A stretch of 60,778 nt of DNA, filler included, from Trichosphaerium sp. ATCC 40318 (taxonomy: Eukaryota; Protista; Tubulinea): assembly GCA_038496445.1 (NCBI GenBank). It is 3 parts of 3 records of this genome, joined end to end, with 100 filler letters (N's around TTAATTAATTAA, not from the genome) between each part and the next. Parts side by side here need not be neighbours in the genome. Positions count along the whole stretch, not along the records: positions 1 to 15,470 come from JALMLS010000181.1; 2 more parts are not named here. One strand, written 5' to 3'. The translations under genes were made by a program, and so were the position numbers. A model generated the notes under the pieces. That model made no database searches and was not told where the DNA came from. It saw only the letters and a program-made list of their open reading frames with translations. Position 1 is the first letter of the stretch. Every line of letters begins with the position of its first letter. Positions 1 through 12,300 of the stretch are shown piece after piece.

Positions 1-894
1 ATGGACAGGGCTTTTATAAACTCTCTCAATTGCTGCACATGATCAAAACTGACATTTATGAATCCTTTATTAAAATGGGTTCATCAACGTGAGGTTTGCC
101 AATTGGCTCTACCTTACTTCAATGTAATATAGTGTACTTAACCAACGAAGGGTGCGTGGATCATCACCACGTGTTTGAGCAGTAGCGGAATGGAGTGCTT
201 GCACTTCACTACCATCCTAAGTTTATCTTCATACAATCAATCAGGTTCGATTCCTGCTTGGGGCTCCTGGCTAGATCGGATTCTTTCGGGGTAATGGTGT
301 CCGTTGGTAATATTAATGTACAGACAAATAAAATCAAAATCAACTATCCACTTTATCGAAAGTTAGTTCATGTATTTTATCAGTACCTGATAAATTCTTC
401 CGTACCATCTGATGTAAGAGAAAATACATAACCTGGGAATGTTGGAGACCTTCCTGGAGCAAAGGAGGACACATTGTGTTGGTTTATAAGAGGTGGAAAA
501 ACGAAATTGTACTATTAGCACCTTCTTGATATATGTGCTATGGTTCAGTTTCCTTTACTGGTCCATTAACTACACTGTTGTTTGATACAATTGAAGGTGA
601 CATGGTATTCCAGTTGAAAGGTGGCAAAAGAGCTGTGGTACGAAGCTATGATACATAGGTACAAGTGCTAGTGATGATACATATTATCACATGGACCACT
701 CCGATGCTATAACATCCAACAATAGAAAAGTCATTTGCAAAATTAACACTTATCTTTGAACCTTCATATATCATTGTGATGTTTAGGGTTGATGCCTAAC
801 ACTACTTTTCTGTAGGGTTGGGCGTGTCACATCTTACCTTTATTTTTAATGGACGCTTTGTACCTGGGCTATCATTATTGAAGTGTGTTGGACG

Positions 895-1276
895 TAGAGA
901 TGGCAGAAATACCAGTCCGAACCGGTCCGAAACGCAAAAGACCGGTCCGTAAACGGTCCAAACGGTCCGCTGTCAAAGGGAGTACCCTTGGAAAATCGGA
1001 AAAATAGCCGAAAAAGGAATTTTTGTCAAAGGTACCGCTAAAACGTAATTTGGTTAAAAATGGCTGATAGAGGGCTTTCAACCACTCTATGCTTAGAATT
1101 TTTAATTATAAGGTGTTTTAGATTACTTTTAATCAAAAGAAAGTAGCTGGTGGTTCAAAAAGACTTTGATGTTCACTGAATAAATACTGGTCTTGGTCTA
1201 AATCGTGGACCAGTTACGGACCGAAAACCGATATCTTGAAACCGGACCGGCATCGGACCGGTATTTGCCACCTCTA
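895..1276. mobile_element. Non-autonomous hAT-superfamily element (MITE), 382 bp
   Basis: Imperfect terminal inverted repeats: TAGAGATGGCAGAAATACCAGTCCGA at 895, and the right end reads TAGAGGTGGCAAATACCGGTCCGA on the minus strand. Flanked by a perfect 8-bp target-site duplication GTTGGACG (887-894 and 1277-1284). Subterminal CGGTCC/GGACCG repeats. An 8-bp TSD with TAG... termini is typical of hAT. Confidence 0.9.
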
Positions 1277-1670
1277 GTTGGACGTGTTTAGTACACGTCA
1301 TGTGTCTGACAATAAACGTACTTCTGTGAACAACGTACGAAAATAGGAGGCGCTATAAACTAGCCCATTTACTAACACTGGCGACTATTCAGCGCACAGA
1401 TTTGGCAGACTAAACAAAAACAATAGGGCGCTACCTAAATCAATGTACAGTATTTTTTGTGCCGTAGCTGAAAAAACCTTGATCTGGTGTTTGAATAATA
1501 AGAGGAAAGGGTGCCAATGTATTGTGTTATACTTCACGCAGGTCATTGACACGATTACGTTCATTTGTTGTTGGAGAACCACACCTCATTCAAACGCACA
1601 AGCCCTTGCATAACTTAATGTTTACAATGACTTAACCTTAACAGCAAAAACAGTAAGCGATTAAAAGCAA

Positions 1671-2483
1671 ATGAAACGTCAAAGAGGAAACGACACGCTC
1701 AAAAAGTACGTAGTTCGCTTTGTTTACTTGTTGTTTCAACTCAACGATTTTTGCTGCAAACGCTATTACGTCACACGTTTATTGTCAACAAGACAGACGC
1801 ACCACTTTTTGCGTTTTATCTGTCCATTGTGTATTTATAGCAGATTGGATCTATTAAATTGTCAAAAAAACAACTAACCACTGCCGTAGAACAAATAAAC
1901 GCCGCAAGGTAGCGGATAAACCTGAAAAGAAGGGGCTCACCTGTTTATGAACGGGTTAAAGCTCCCAGCAGCGAAAAAACCGCTGCTTTTTAAATCGTAC
2001 GTGTTAGCACATTGTCATTGTCCCTAAAACGTTGTCCAGGAAAGGAATGATTGCCATGAGAGAGGGCAAAAGCAACGTTCTAGAGGTATTCAAAAGAACA
2101 ATTTAGTTTTTTAGCTAATGTGTGTATAGGAACGAAAAAGTAAAATTTTTTTGGGGCTGAAGAAAAGTAACCACCTCAGCAATGAGTTGGATAGAATTGC
2201 AACCGCGTTAGCTAGAAAGTTGCGTCTCCCGTATGAACCGGTATTTAGTCTCAAGGACTGGAGACAGCTACTGGGAAAGCCCCCCTACGCGACTAGGGAC
2301 CTTTCAATTATTATCCCAAACAAAAAAATAGCCTTGGCTATGAGACAAGCTGTTAGCCGGCAGCGATTTGAAGCGGTGTACGATGAAAGGCGTAACCTTG
2401 AGCGTAGCGTTGGGTTTTTTAATTTGCTTCGGTACAGCGAACGAATTGACTCGTTGTTACTGGATTTGGAGTCTTTGTTGTAA
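1671..2483 (+). CDS. Hypothetical multi-exon protein (boundaries approximate)
   Basis: Terminal 110-codon exon (2151-2483) preceded by short GT..AG introns (e.g. GAG|GTATTC...TATAG|GAA near 2085-2130). No recognisable domain. Confidence 0.4.
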
Positions 2484-2630
2484 TTTAAAGTTGTGTAATA
2501 AAGCATAAATTGTGTTGTAACTTTTAGAGCACATGAGGTGCACTAAGTAAGGTATAGACTACCCCAAAAAAACAATCACATGTGATTTTCAACCTTGTTT
2601 ATTTAATTGTTTGTCAAAAGGGTGAATAAA

Positions 2631-5600
2631 CTATGATTTATTGACATTTGATGATTTCCTTGGTGTTACTGGTGTTACTGAAGCACTTCTTCGTATGTCG
2701 ATTGAACGTTTAGAAGTATCTGTTCCCTTTGAAATTTGTTTTTCGTTCTCAAGGCGCACTATAATTGTTTTAGATCAGAGCTATCTCGAAGAAATCTTTT
2801 GTGCAGTAAGTACCCTTGCGTAAATATTCGGCGTGCTTCCGTTGTAATTTCTCGAACTGTTCCAACAAAGTTGCAAAATCAATACCAGTTATTTCGTGAG
2901 TGGACATTTTACTACAAAGATCATTAAGAGTAAAGCACCCAAAAATCTACCAAAATACGTTCACATAGGTTTTTTTTTTGGTTCACGTGATGCGTACCTG
3001 TTTGGTATTAATTGCAAAACGCCAAGTGAAGCGACAGAGTTAAGTCTATTCTTGAGTGTTTCGAATGCTTTGCTTTGTGGTAGTAGCATTAAAATACCAT
3101 ACAAACATTTGAATAAATAAGGGTGTCTTTCAGGCTCCAGAAGTTGAAGTCTCAGTCCTACACAACGGCGTCAATAGCGTAAAACGTTGTTAAAAACTTG
3201 CCTATGAATATAGGTGATTCAATGAGTTGTACAAGCTTATCTATCTCCATAAGAAAGTCAACAGTAACTTCAAGTTCGCCGCTAAAATGAAGATTAGCGC
3301 TTTTTTCAAAGTAAAGAAAGATGTAGTACATACAATTTTCCAATTAGGTCTGATGCGTGCTTGTACGCTTTGGAAAGCAGACATAAACTAAATACAGCCG
3401 ATGGACTGTGGCACCAACATCTAACATGATACCTTTGTCAGTACTTGCAGCAGATCTGTTTTGTAACGATTCTAAAAAGTGCTTACTGATATAGTGCAGT
3501 GAATAGATCTTTGCTTTCGTCATTATCAAGATTCTTTAGTTTTACACGAACATCATAAAGTTCTGTTGAGGAAAGCAGTATGAGGTTGAGGGTTTGTACC
3601 ATCGTATTAGCGAATCGAAGGTCCTAACGAAAAACAAGGTAAATGCTCTGTTGTCAACAAAAAAGAGTGTACCCTTTCGCTCTGTAGGATGCGTGCCACA
3701 CTTCTAAATACCTTCTCTGGTTTTATAAATAAACCAATCTGGCGTACTACAAGAAATATGTGAGACAAGAACAAAGTATGCCATCCACAATAGCATTGTT
3801 TTTTACCACGCACCTATGAGATTACCACGATACTCAAGCAACCGTGGATTCGCACGGAACAATTTTGTTAAGTTTACCATTAACCTGTTGAATAGATTTG
3901 GTTGATCGGCTGTCAGCTTTGCCAATACGCGCAAATCTAATTTGACAACCTTTAAAAACCATGTTATTACGCTATACTGTGAGATTGTATTACTTACTTC
4001 TTCTTCAGCATCTGACAATGTTTTGAGAAGAGGGGAAAATATATCATCCATTAGCTTGTGTACTTGATCTGGAACTTTAGCATGCAGTACGAGGATCCAT
4101 TGTAGGGAGGCCATTCGCGTCAATTTAGGTTGATTGACCAAATGTTGGATGACAACATTTATAAACTCCTATTTATGGTTACCCAAAGTAAGCACAAAGC
4201 CTTGCGACAGATAATTTAAAAAACAATCATACCTTAACAGCAAGATTGGCGTCTGTCCCTTTAACATAATCCAAGAGCGTCTTATCAGTTTTTCTAGCTG
4301 CCAACTCAATCACTAAATTCAACGAAAGCGTAAATAAGAGGACAAAAAATCAAAAGGCAGTTTGAGAGTACGTACATTTGCTCCTCTTTGATATGCAAGG
4401 TAAAATCCCACGAACAAGTTCAGCAATATATTTTGATATCTTTTCTTTTCCGATAGATATAAAGTCATTTATCCAATACAATGCTGTCAAACACGTGTTT
4501 TCGTCTACAAAAAAATAACGTGAGTTTGAGAATTATTTCACTAAAATAGATGAGACCAAAAAAGACTTTTCTTCAAAAGTAGAGAAAAAAATCTTACCTG
4601 GCGATTTTGCATGGGATATGAGGACAGGCACCATGAGCCCAAAATCTGTATTCTCGGGCTTCATTTTAATCTCCTCTAAAAACTCTGAAAGCGCATTTTC
4701 TGTTAATGTTCTTATTTTCTCTTCTCCGCTTTACGATAAGTTAACGTCAGTAAAAATACCAACAAATTTACCTAATCATGTTGAACATGCCATCCAAAAA
4801 TTGTGGAAGGTGTTGAAGCAGGTCCAAGTCGGGTACTTGGTCAAGAACCATAATCCATCCAACAATGAACTACAATTCTTAGCAATCAAATCAAAACTAA
4901 GTTTATACCTGTCTGCACAGTGGATGTGTTACTCTAACGCGCTCTGATAAAAGTGGAATAAACTTATCTAAGTCGAAAGGGTTGCCTTCAGTGACAATGT
5001 CCTACTAATATAAGAACCTGTAGGCTAATTGTTCAAAACACTAGAAGCGCACGTACCTTGGTGAGCCTATCTACAAGCTCTGCACCGCTTCTAACGTTTT
5101 TGTCTGGATCGGCAGACAACTAAAAGAGTTTAAGAACAACATTATTGAGTACTCAGAGAGGCATTGTGCACATTACCTGACACAATCCATTAAAAAGAGC
5201 GTTAAAGTAGAGCAATATGTCAGCACGACAGACTTTAGCAATGTTGTACAACGACTCGCAGGCGTAATATCGGACCTTATTATCAGGATCTGGGCAATTC
5301 ATTAAATCATAAACGGAATTTGATGAGTAAACGTACCGCCGAAGCATTTTAGTACTGGTAATATGAGCTGTTTGGTGTATTGTTTAACAAGCTAGTGTGG
5401 TTAATGAAAACAAAAGCCGTTGAAATACGCGTAAGTGAAAATCAGATGGATACTGAACCTAGACCAAGCGCTGCTGCAGCCAAGGCGATTAAACCGCCTT
5501 TTCGCGCATTTTGTGACGTTGACTCTACAAAATTTGTGACAAGGCTATCAAGTACAGCAGGGATGCCTAATTGAATAAGTATACAGTATTAGAACTGGAA

Positions 5601-5757
5601 GGATACCTTCTGTCTTCTTTTGCTTTATAAGCTCTTTAATGAGCACTTCAACTTCAAAAGCGCCTACTTTACGCTTGTCGTATAAGTTGTTTCCTAAATT
5701 CTTGGCTGTAGCGGTTGGTATAGGCTCGCTAACTTGAGTTTTCTTCTTTGTTGACAT
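2631..5757 (-). CDS. VAC14: VAC14 homolog (PIKfyve/Fab1 complex scaffold), many short introns
   Basis: Exon peptides LGNNLYDKRKVGAFEVEVLIK, RKGGLIALAAAALGL, DPDNKVRYYACESLYNIAKV, LSADPDKNVRSGAELVDRLTK, FLMEIDKLVQLIESPIF and LLPQSKAFETLKNRL match conserved Vac14 motifs. ATG at 5757; probable TAG at 2631-2633. Confidence 0.93.
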
Positions 5758-5872
5758 AGGCAAATTTACAGCGTTATTCACCGCCCACTAGATAATCCAC
5801 TTCGTGTACTTATTCAGTGTCAGTTGTGGGTGAAATGTAGAAAAATCCTACGCGAATATTCACAAGAGTAAC

Positions 5873-6890
5873 ATGTTAATGCGAGTAGTACCTAGCTACT
5901 TGAGCGTAAGATGTATTTTGGTGAAGCTATTAAGCGTGAGAACTTCGCGCTTATCAGCAAACTCACTAATGTTCCATTTGGTAGGTAGACGTGCGGCGGT
6001 TTATCATGGAAACGCTAAGAGAGTGCGTCCAGGCGTTACAGGTAAAACAATCAACCACTTAAACCTAAGGACTCTAATAGCTACAAAAAGATACATGTCG
6101 CGTAGGGGGCGCTCAAGAGCAAACAAATTACATGCACAAAAAGGAGAAGACGCCAGACTTGGTAAACTAGGTGCGTACCAATTACAGTATACTATCGATA
6201 GTTGTTTTCGGTCGTTTGCTAATTTCTTGATTAGAAAAGTTGAAAATACAGTCAAGCAAATATATGGATAACGACGTACCGAAGTAAAATTTTATTTACT
6301 CATACTAACGTGAAGTTTCAGGCAGAAACGGTTGACATAACTCCTCCAGGCGAAGAAGATCAAATGGGCGACATTGCAGAGGACGAAAAACTCGGAGAAG
6401 ACGCTGACCGTGGGCCACTTGTACAACGTAACGAGGAGGACCTGAAAATGAAAGCATTTGATGTCGTACTTGAAGTACTCAAAAACGAGAAAATAGCAAA
6501 CCTCGTGGTTGTTAACATGAAACCAAAAACAGATTGGGTAGGCACAATGTTTGTAGGAACAGGATTGGTACGGCATTTTTCGTGTTATTTACTCGCCCAC
6601 CACTTACGCGTAGCTAGTCTACACCTCACTTACGCGCGACTGGTTCGAGAGTAAAGTCAAGGCTTAAAATGAGCGGAAACAGTGTCATTTTTAAGTCTCA
6701 GGAAGGTTGGATCATTGTTAAAACGCCCGATATCGTCGTACAGCTATTCACAGAGAGGGAGCGTATGTCTTGGAACTTAGAGCGTCTATGGTGTCTAAAA
6801 GCGAGCCAAGAAGATCAATTCCTAAGGCCAGAAGCAGCACAATTTGAAGAAAATAAGGAAGACTGGGAGGACTTAGATTATACTAACTAG
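5873..6890 (+). CDS. Ribosome silencing factor RsfS/Iojap (MALSU1-like), probably mitochondrion-targeted, with introns
   Basis: VLKNEKIANLVVVNMKPKTDWVGTMFVGTG and EGWIIVKTPDIVVQLFTERERMSWNLERLW match the RsfS/Iojap pattern (W..D...VH.F....R..Y.LE.LW). Arg/Ser/Leu-rich N-terminus. Confidence 0.75.
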
Positions 6891-7191
6891 ATACCAAACA
6901 ATCGTTTCTGACCACACCACTCAACACCTAGACCTACAATGAAACAAAAAAACCCACGGATATTTTTGGTTGTAATTGTCTTTTTGACATTGTAGTTTAT
7001 ATTTTACTGTTGTACATTGCTTTACAGGGTAAGATAGAACATGTACCTCTTTTTGTTTGTGTTGTAACAGCAAGTTGAACCTTGTACCCTGAAAAAAAAA
7101 ACCCTACAAGCGGCAATACGGCCACTCCGACGCAAAATTGTTTCGTTTCTTTCTCGATTTTTGATGCTTGGGAAATACTTGTTGAGTGCTA

Positions 7192-8635
7192 TCAAGCCCA
7201 AATAAGAATGCGAGAATCCCATGACCCTGTAGCGACTGCGTCTCCAGATCTCGTAACGCCAAGACAAGACACTCTACTGTCGTGTCCATCCAGTTCCCAT
7301 GGTAACTTTTCGCCGCTTAGCGTGTCCCAAACAAGACAAGCGCTACATCGCATTAGTACTAGTTTTTAGCTTGGAAAAACATCAAAACCGTAATAAAACA
7401 TACTAATCGTCGTAGCTAGCAAACATATTGCGTCCAGATAGCGAAAAATCAATAGCAGTTACACCGCTATTATAACGATCAAGTTTGTAGGTCATTAAAG
7501 AGCCATTATTATATCGTGAGTCAAAGAGACGACATGTAGAGTCGTCTGATCCGGATCCAAACGTTAAACCATTTGGAAAGTACCTGAAAATAGGTTTAGA
7601 ACTTTGTTTTCGCTTAGCAAACGCACTTTACACAATTGACTTCACTTGTATGACCTTTAAAGGTTTGTTGTTGTTTTCCCGTCCGCGTATCCCATAAATT
7701 GATCGTCTTGTCGCAAGACGACGTTAAAAACGACTGACCTCCAGGTCTTAGGCTAATGCTGGTTATATCAGCTTTGTGATGCTTGTATTCTGTTTGTGTA
7801 GTCTCTTTTATCAAATCCCACAACTTGACTGACATATCACCGCTTGATGTCAATAATTCCTTACGAGAAATAAAACAGCAGCCTTCGCGTAAGTAAGTAA
7901 CAATTGTAACCAAAAAACGTGCATGAGATGTAAGCTGTGTGTCCCTTCAACACGCTCTGTTTCTTTGCTGTTTTACTATTATACAGGCTACAGGCATTAT
8001 CTAACCCGCCTGTAGCTACTATTGTTCCATCTGGAGAGTACGCACACGTCATTGTCCAATTTGTTTCTAAAGGTACAGACTGAACTACTCAAAAGTTAAA
8101 CCAAGAAAAAAATTGGTTGCTTTTTACCAATTGTTCCTTGAAGCGCATGCCATAGTATCAGTCGCGCGTCCTGACCTACTGTAACGATGTGTTCATTATC
8201 TAAGGACCAATCCAACGCGTATACTTTGGACTGATGACCTTGTAACGTTCGCCTTGTTAGTGTTAGAATACTGTGCGCTGGCGGCTATTTAATGTTAATG
8301 GCGTGCCTGATGTGCAGCTGTTTAATGACATCACTACGTTAAATTAGTTCAAACTCGATATTATGTAATTACAAACGCGTACATTGTGTCTGTTCCTTCT
8401 GCTTTTGTAAAATCGCTCACTGAGTAAAGAGTTAGCAATCGAATAAGCAAATTCTTTACGCGTACAATTGTTGGCGTTATTACTTTGTAATTTGTCCTTC
8501 CGCAACAGCTCTCGCAAGTTACCGCACTCGTTACGCAATTTCTACGCAAATACGTGTTGGTACTGTTAAATAAAGGCTCTATCCTACCTGCAAACGCTCG
8601 TTGATATTATTGGGCTCACTGCTAGGTGCAGCCAT
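7192..8635 (-). CDS. GNB: Heterotrimeric G-protein beta subunit (WD40), multi-exon
   Basis: [87 protein letters not shown]...[13 protein letters not shown]-stop. Confidence 0.93.
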
Positions 8636-8805
8636 ATTACAAAGAATTATAGGCCTATAATTCTGCTCGTAGCTAGCTAAAGCAACAGTTTAAACCTAGA
8701 ATAGGTGTAGTATGTCAACTAGAGTCCATGGTCCAATTTTAGCTTAAGCAACAGTATCTGCACCTCGTCGAACCTCTTTTTATTCGCCAACACCTGTATT
8801 TCGTG

Positions 8806-9372
8806 ATGGAGCGCGTTACAAATCGCAAGCGAAAAGTACAGGCAAGCGCAAGGCAAGAAAGCTTTATTCATGAGCGATAGTTCGTTGCAGGGGCAAACAA
8901 GGCAGTTTATGGCTTTGTAGTATGGGCGTCAGGCTGTGTGTCGTTTGGTACATCATTAGGTTCGTGCTAGTGTTAACTGTTACTAGTGATCTTTATGGTG
9001 TGGTCATTTCTACCCGATTCTATGCTCTACAGCCTTGGCATAACGTATTTCCCTGACAAGTACGCAGCACTCCCGCGACAGTATTGATGCGTATTTAGAT
9101 ACTGGGCGGTTGCTTTACCTACCTGGATTTTAGTAACTCTCGCAACGTTTTTTTTCTGGTATTGCTGTATCAACTTGCTCAATACAGAACCACTAGACTC
9201 AATGAAACTAGTCAGAGGTACGGAAACCAGTTTACTTTAAAATGCCAACGTGTATTTAGACGACAAGTCTGTACATATTTCGGAGCTGACTGGCCCACCA
9301 GGCGACATACCGCCCATTACAGATGTTCCCATCACAGAAGCCAATCGGCTCATGTTTCTTGATAACAAGTAA
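8806..9372 (+). CDS. PIGP: GPI-GlcNAc transferase subunit PIG-P (missed by ORF track; multi-exon)
   Basis: Exons translate as AVYGFVVWASGCVSF / IFMVWSFLPDSMLYSLGITYFPDK / YWAVALPTWILV...NLLNTEPLDS / IPPITDVPITEANRLMF, the PIG-P family signature. Start codon approximate. Confidence 0.85.
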
Positions 9373-12300
9373 GCAAGCTAGAGGGCAGTAAATTCATTTG
9401 CACTGCGTTGTTAGCGTTGGCTTCGCAATTTCGATAAAGAAGTAAATTATTGAATAAACGATTATATATAATCACGGTAAAGCAATTTTCGTGAACGTGA
9501 GCAGCAAAGCTGTGCCATGTAGTCAAACATGTAAAGTGTCCCAAAAAAATGCCTAGGCTATTTTCTAATTTCGCATTTATTGCAGTTCTGGGTCCTATAT
9601 TGTTTTACCACATCGCACCTTGGGAATTAACACTATTCGTCAGCTGATCCTGAATCGTTAGTGTGTATCGATAAAATTCTATTTTTTTTCTATTTTCAAT
9701 GTGTCACAATAATCATACGCCGAGATAACACTAGGCTCCTATTGTTGAGCGTCATCAATGGCCACTATACATGCGTCTAACATATATATTGGTAAAAATG
9801 TGCACTTGTTCAGGCACCTTTTTTTCGGAATTGCACTTTTTTTGTGCACAGCGACCTCTTTTTGCTTGGTTAGTGCTTTACCTGATTTGGGCCACTTTTC
9901 ATGTTTGGCTACTTATTTGCTGTTTTTTTCAAGAAACTTGAGTAGAGGTGGTCGCTAAACGGCTATAGCCGGTTAGCCGTTTAAGTTGTTGTGTCAAGTG
10001 ATGATTTTTCCTTAGTTTTACAGCATTCCAAGTTGACTTTTCCCTTATTTTTCTCAGCGGTTATGGCCAGCAGCGTATAGGAGTACTGGCTAAATTCGAA
10101 TTGGCAGAGGTATACCCTATATATACCTCGGGCTGCTCCTGTTGCGGTTTTGTCTTTTTCTCGAGGAACAAGTGGAGATGTTAGACCAAGTATGGTACAC
10201 TTTTAAAACGAGAAGTTTTACGCGTTTCGTACACCTGAGTAGCGCAAACTTGAGATCAAGTCAATCAACTACCAGTTGTCTGTAAATCATTTATTCTCTT
10301 GTTTGAACTGCAGCTTGACACTCGCTACAGACCAAACAATCTCGCGTTATTTCTGCCTGTAGAGCGTTTTATTACACTGTCCGGGTTACTCGTGTTTTGA
10401 TAGCGTCTGGATGCTGTTGGCGAGGTTATCAACACCAAAACCAATCCAGCTCCAAGGACTACTAAATAGTTGCAAGGGACATACACACTATGTTAGAGTA
10501 TGGCGGTCACGTGACCTGAGAACCTTCCAAGGTCTTAGAATCACGTTGTTTTATTCGTATCAAACTTTTCGATTGTTATTGAAGTGTTGCCAATGTAGAA
10601 CAGTGTCGTCAAGTTAAGGATTCATCGATAAACGCTGTTGGGTGCGGATGAACCTCACTTTTTTACGATAATGCATTGTAATCGGCATATTTTCTTCACA
10701 AGTCTTCTTACATTCTCGTGACTTGATCGCTTGGTCACAAAACCAGAGAGTTTTCATGATTGTATTCTAAGGGTACTGTGATGGCAATCAAACTCACTCG
10801 TAATAATAATGTAGAACGAAAACAGAATTAATCGTTTAGCACCGCGTTTCGCGAACCAAAACATCGCCAATACTGTTCTCACGCATGAAAATAGATACTA
10901 CAAGGGGTTTGTAGGTGTTTTGAAATGTGCATTATCCATATTTGGAGTATTGAACTGGATATTTCACTGAATTAGATGAAACTGTCCTCGAATTTACCTT
11001 TGGTCCATAAAACGAAGATACAACATGCTCATAAACACCAATGTAACATGGTGGAGTGATTGAAATCGTATTTTATCAACATTTCTCAATACCACTTTTT
11101 ATTTTTATCCACAAATGAATGGTACATAAGTAATCGGAATGGTATTTACAAACAAGGAAGGAAATACATTCTAGCGGGTAAAAATGGCAGTAGCTACAAC
11201 CAAGGTCGTGCAGGACTAGGTTTAGCTACATATGCGCCATCTTCATCTGCAATGTTTCACCGCATTTGCCAATGGTTGACCCGTAGGTGTATATTCCAAC
11301 ACTGAGCATCCATTAGCCTGGCCAGTGTAAGGTATCACAAAGTAACATGATACATTGGCGCTCCACTGCACAACCCGTAAGACCTGGCAGAATATCAGCA
11401 GAGCCGGGGGAGCGCCGAACCTTAACCAAGACTCTCTTTTTGTTAGTGCAGCATGAACTTCTCACTTATCAATGTTTTTAGAACAACTTTTTGCTTTATC
11501 ACGTGACTACATCCTGGTTTTCTTGTTATCTATCTTTTTAGCTTGCAGTTAATAATTTATCCAAAACATACGTATTTCGTCTTTGGCTTGATTGTGGTTT
11601 TTCTTTAGCTTTGTCTCTTTTGTAGCTTAAGTGTTCACTATGTCTTGGTTTATTGCTTGCACTTGGACAAGTTGTAGGAGTTTCAATATGCTGTCGATAA
11701 AGCAAGTGATTGGTACAGCTTACGCGTATTAATTACCAAGACCCGTTTTTGCTACTATTCGTATGGTTTCACTGTGACCGGTAACATGTTGAACACAACG
11801 GAGTACGAAATCAAAATGAGATGACATACAATTCGGTTAAAATGGCTTGCAGTACTTCAAATTAAACTTAGTTTCTTATGGTACCGTAAGGCCATCATGT
11901 GTCGGTTATATCATAGCTATCCTTTGACCGTTTGTCACTCTTCCAGCGACAAAATTACTCCACTCATTTTGCTTGTATTCTCCTGCTTATGCAATATAAG
12001 CACCCTTAATTGGCCTGCAATCCAAAGCCATTCTTTCTTTTCTACCAAACACCTGTACTATTGACCAATGGTTGCTCATGATCCAATAATATGTGATAGT
12101 AAATCAAACTGTAGCCACTTTGTTTCTTTCCCAGAAGATGCTCAACAATCTGCCCAAAGCCACTGAAGCATACTGGCTGTATAGCCAAACCAAATATTGA
12201 ATATTATCTCCATAGACCGAATAGTGTGTGCTTATCCGTTTTTGATGGTACCAGTCGTAAACTGTTCTGTGAGGATAAGGGTCTCTCCTGCATTTAGCAA

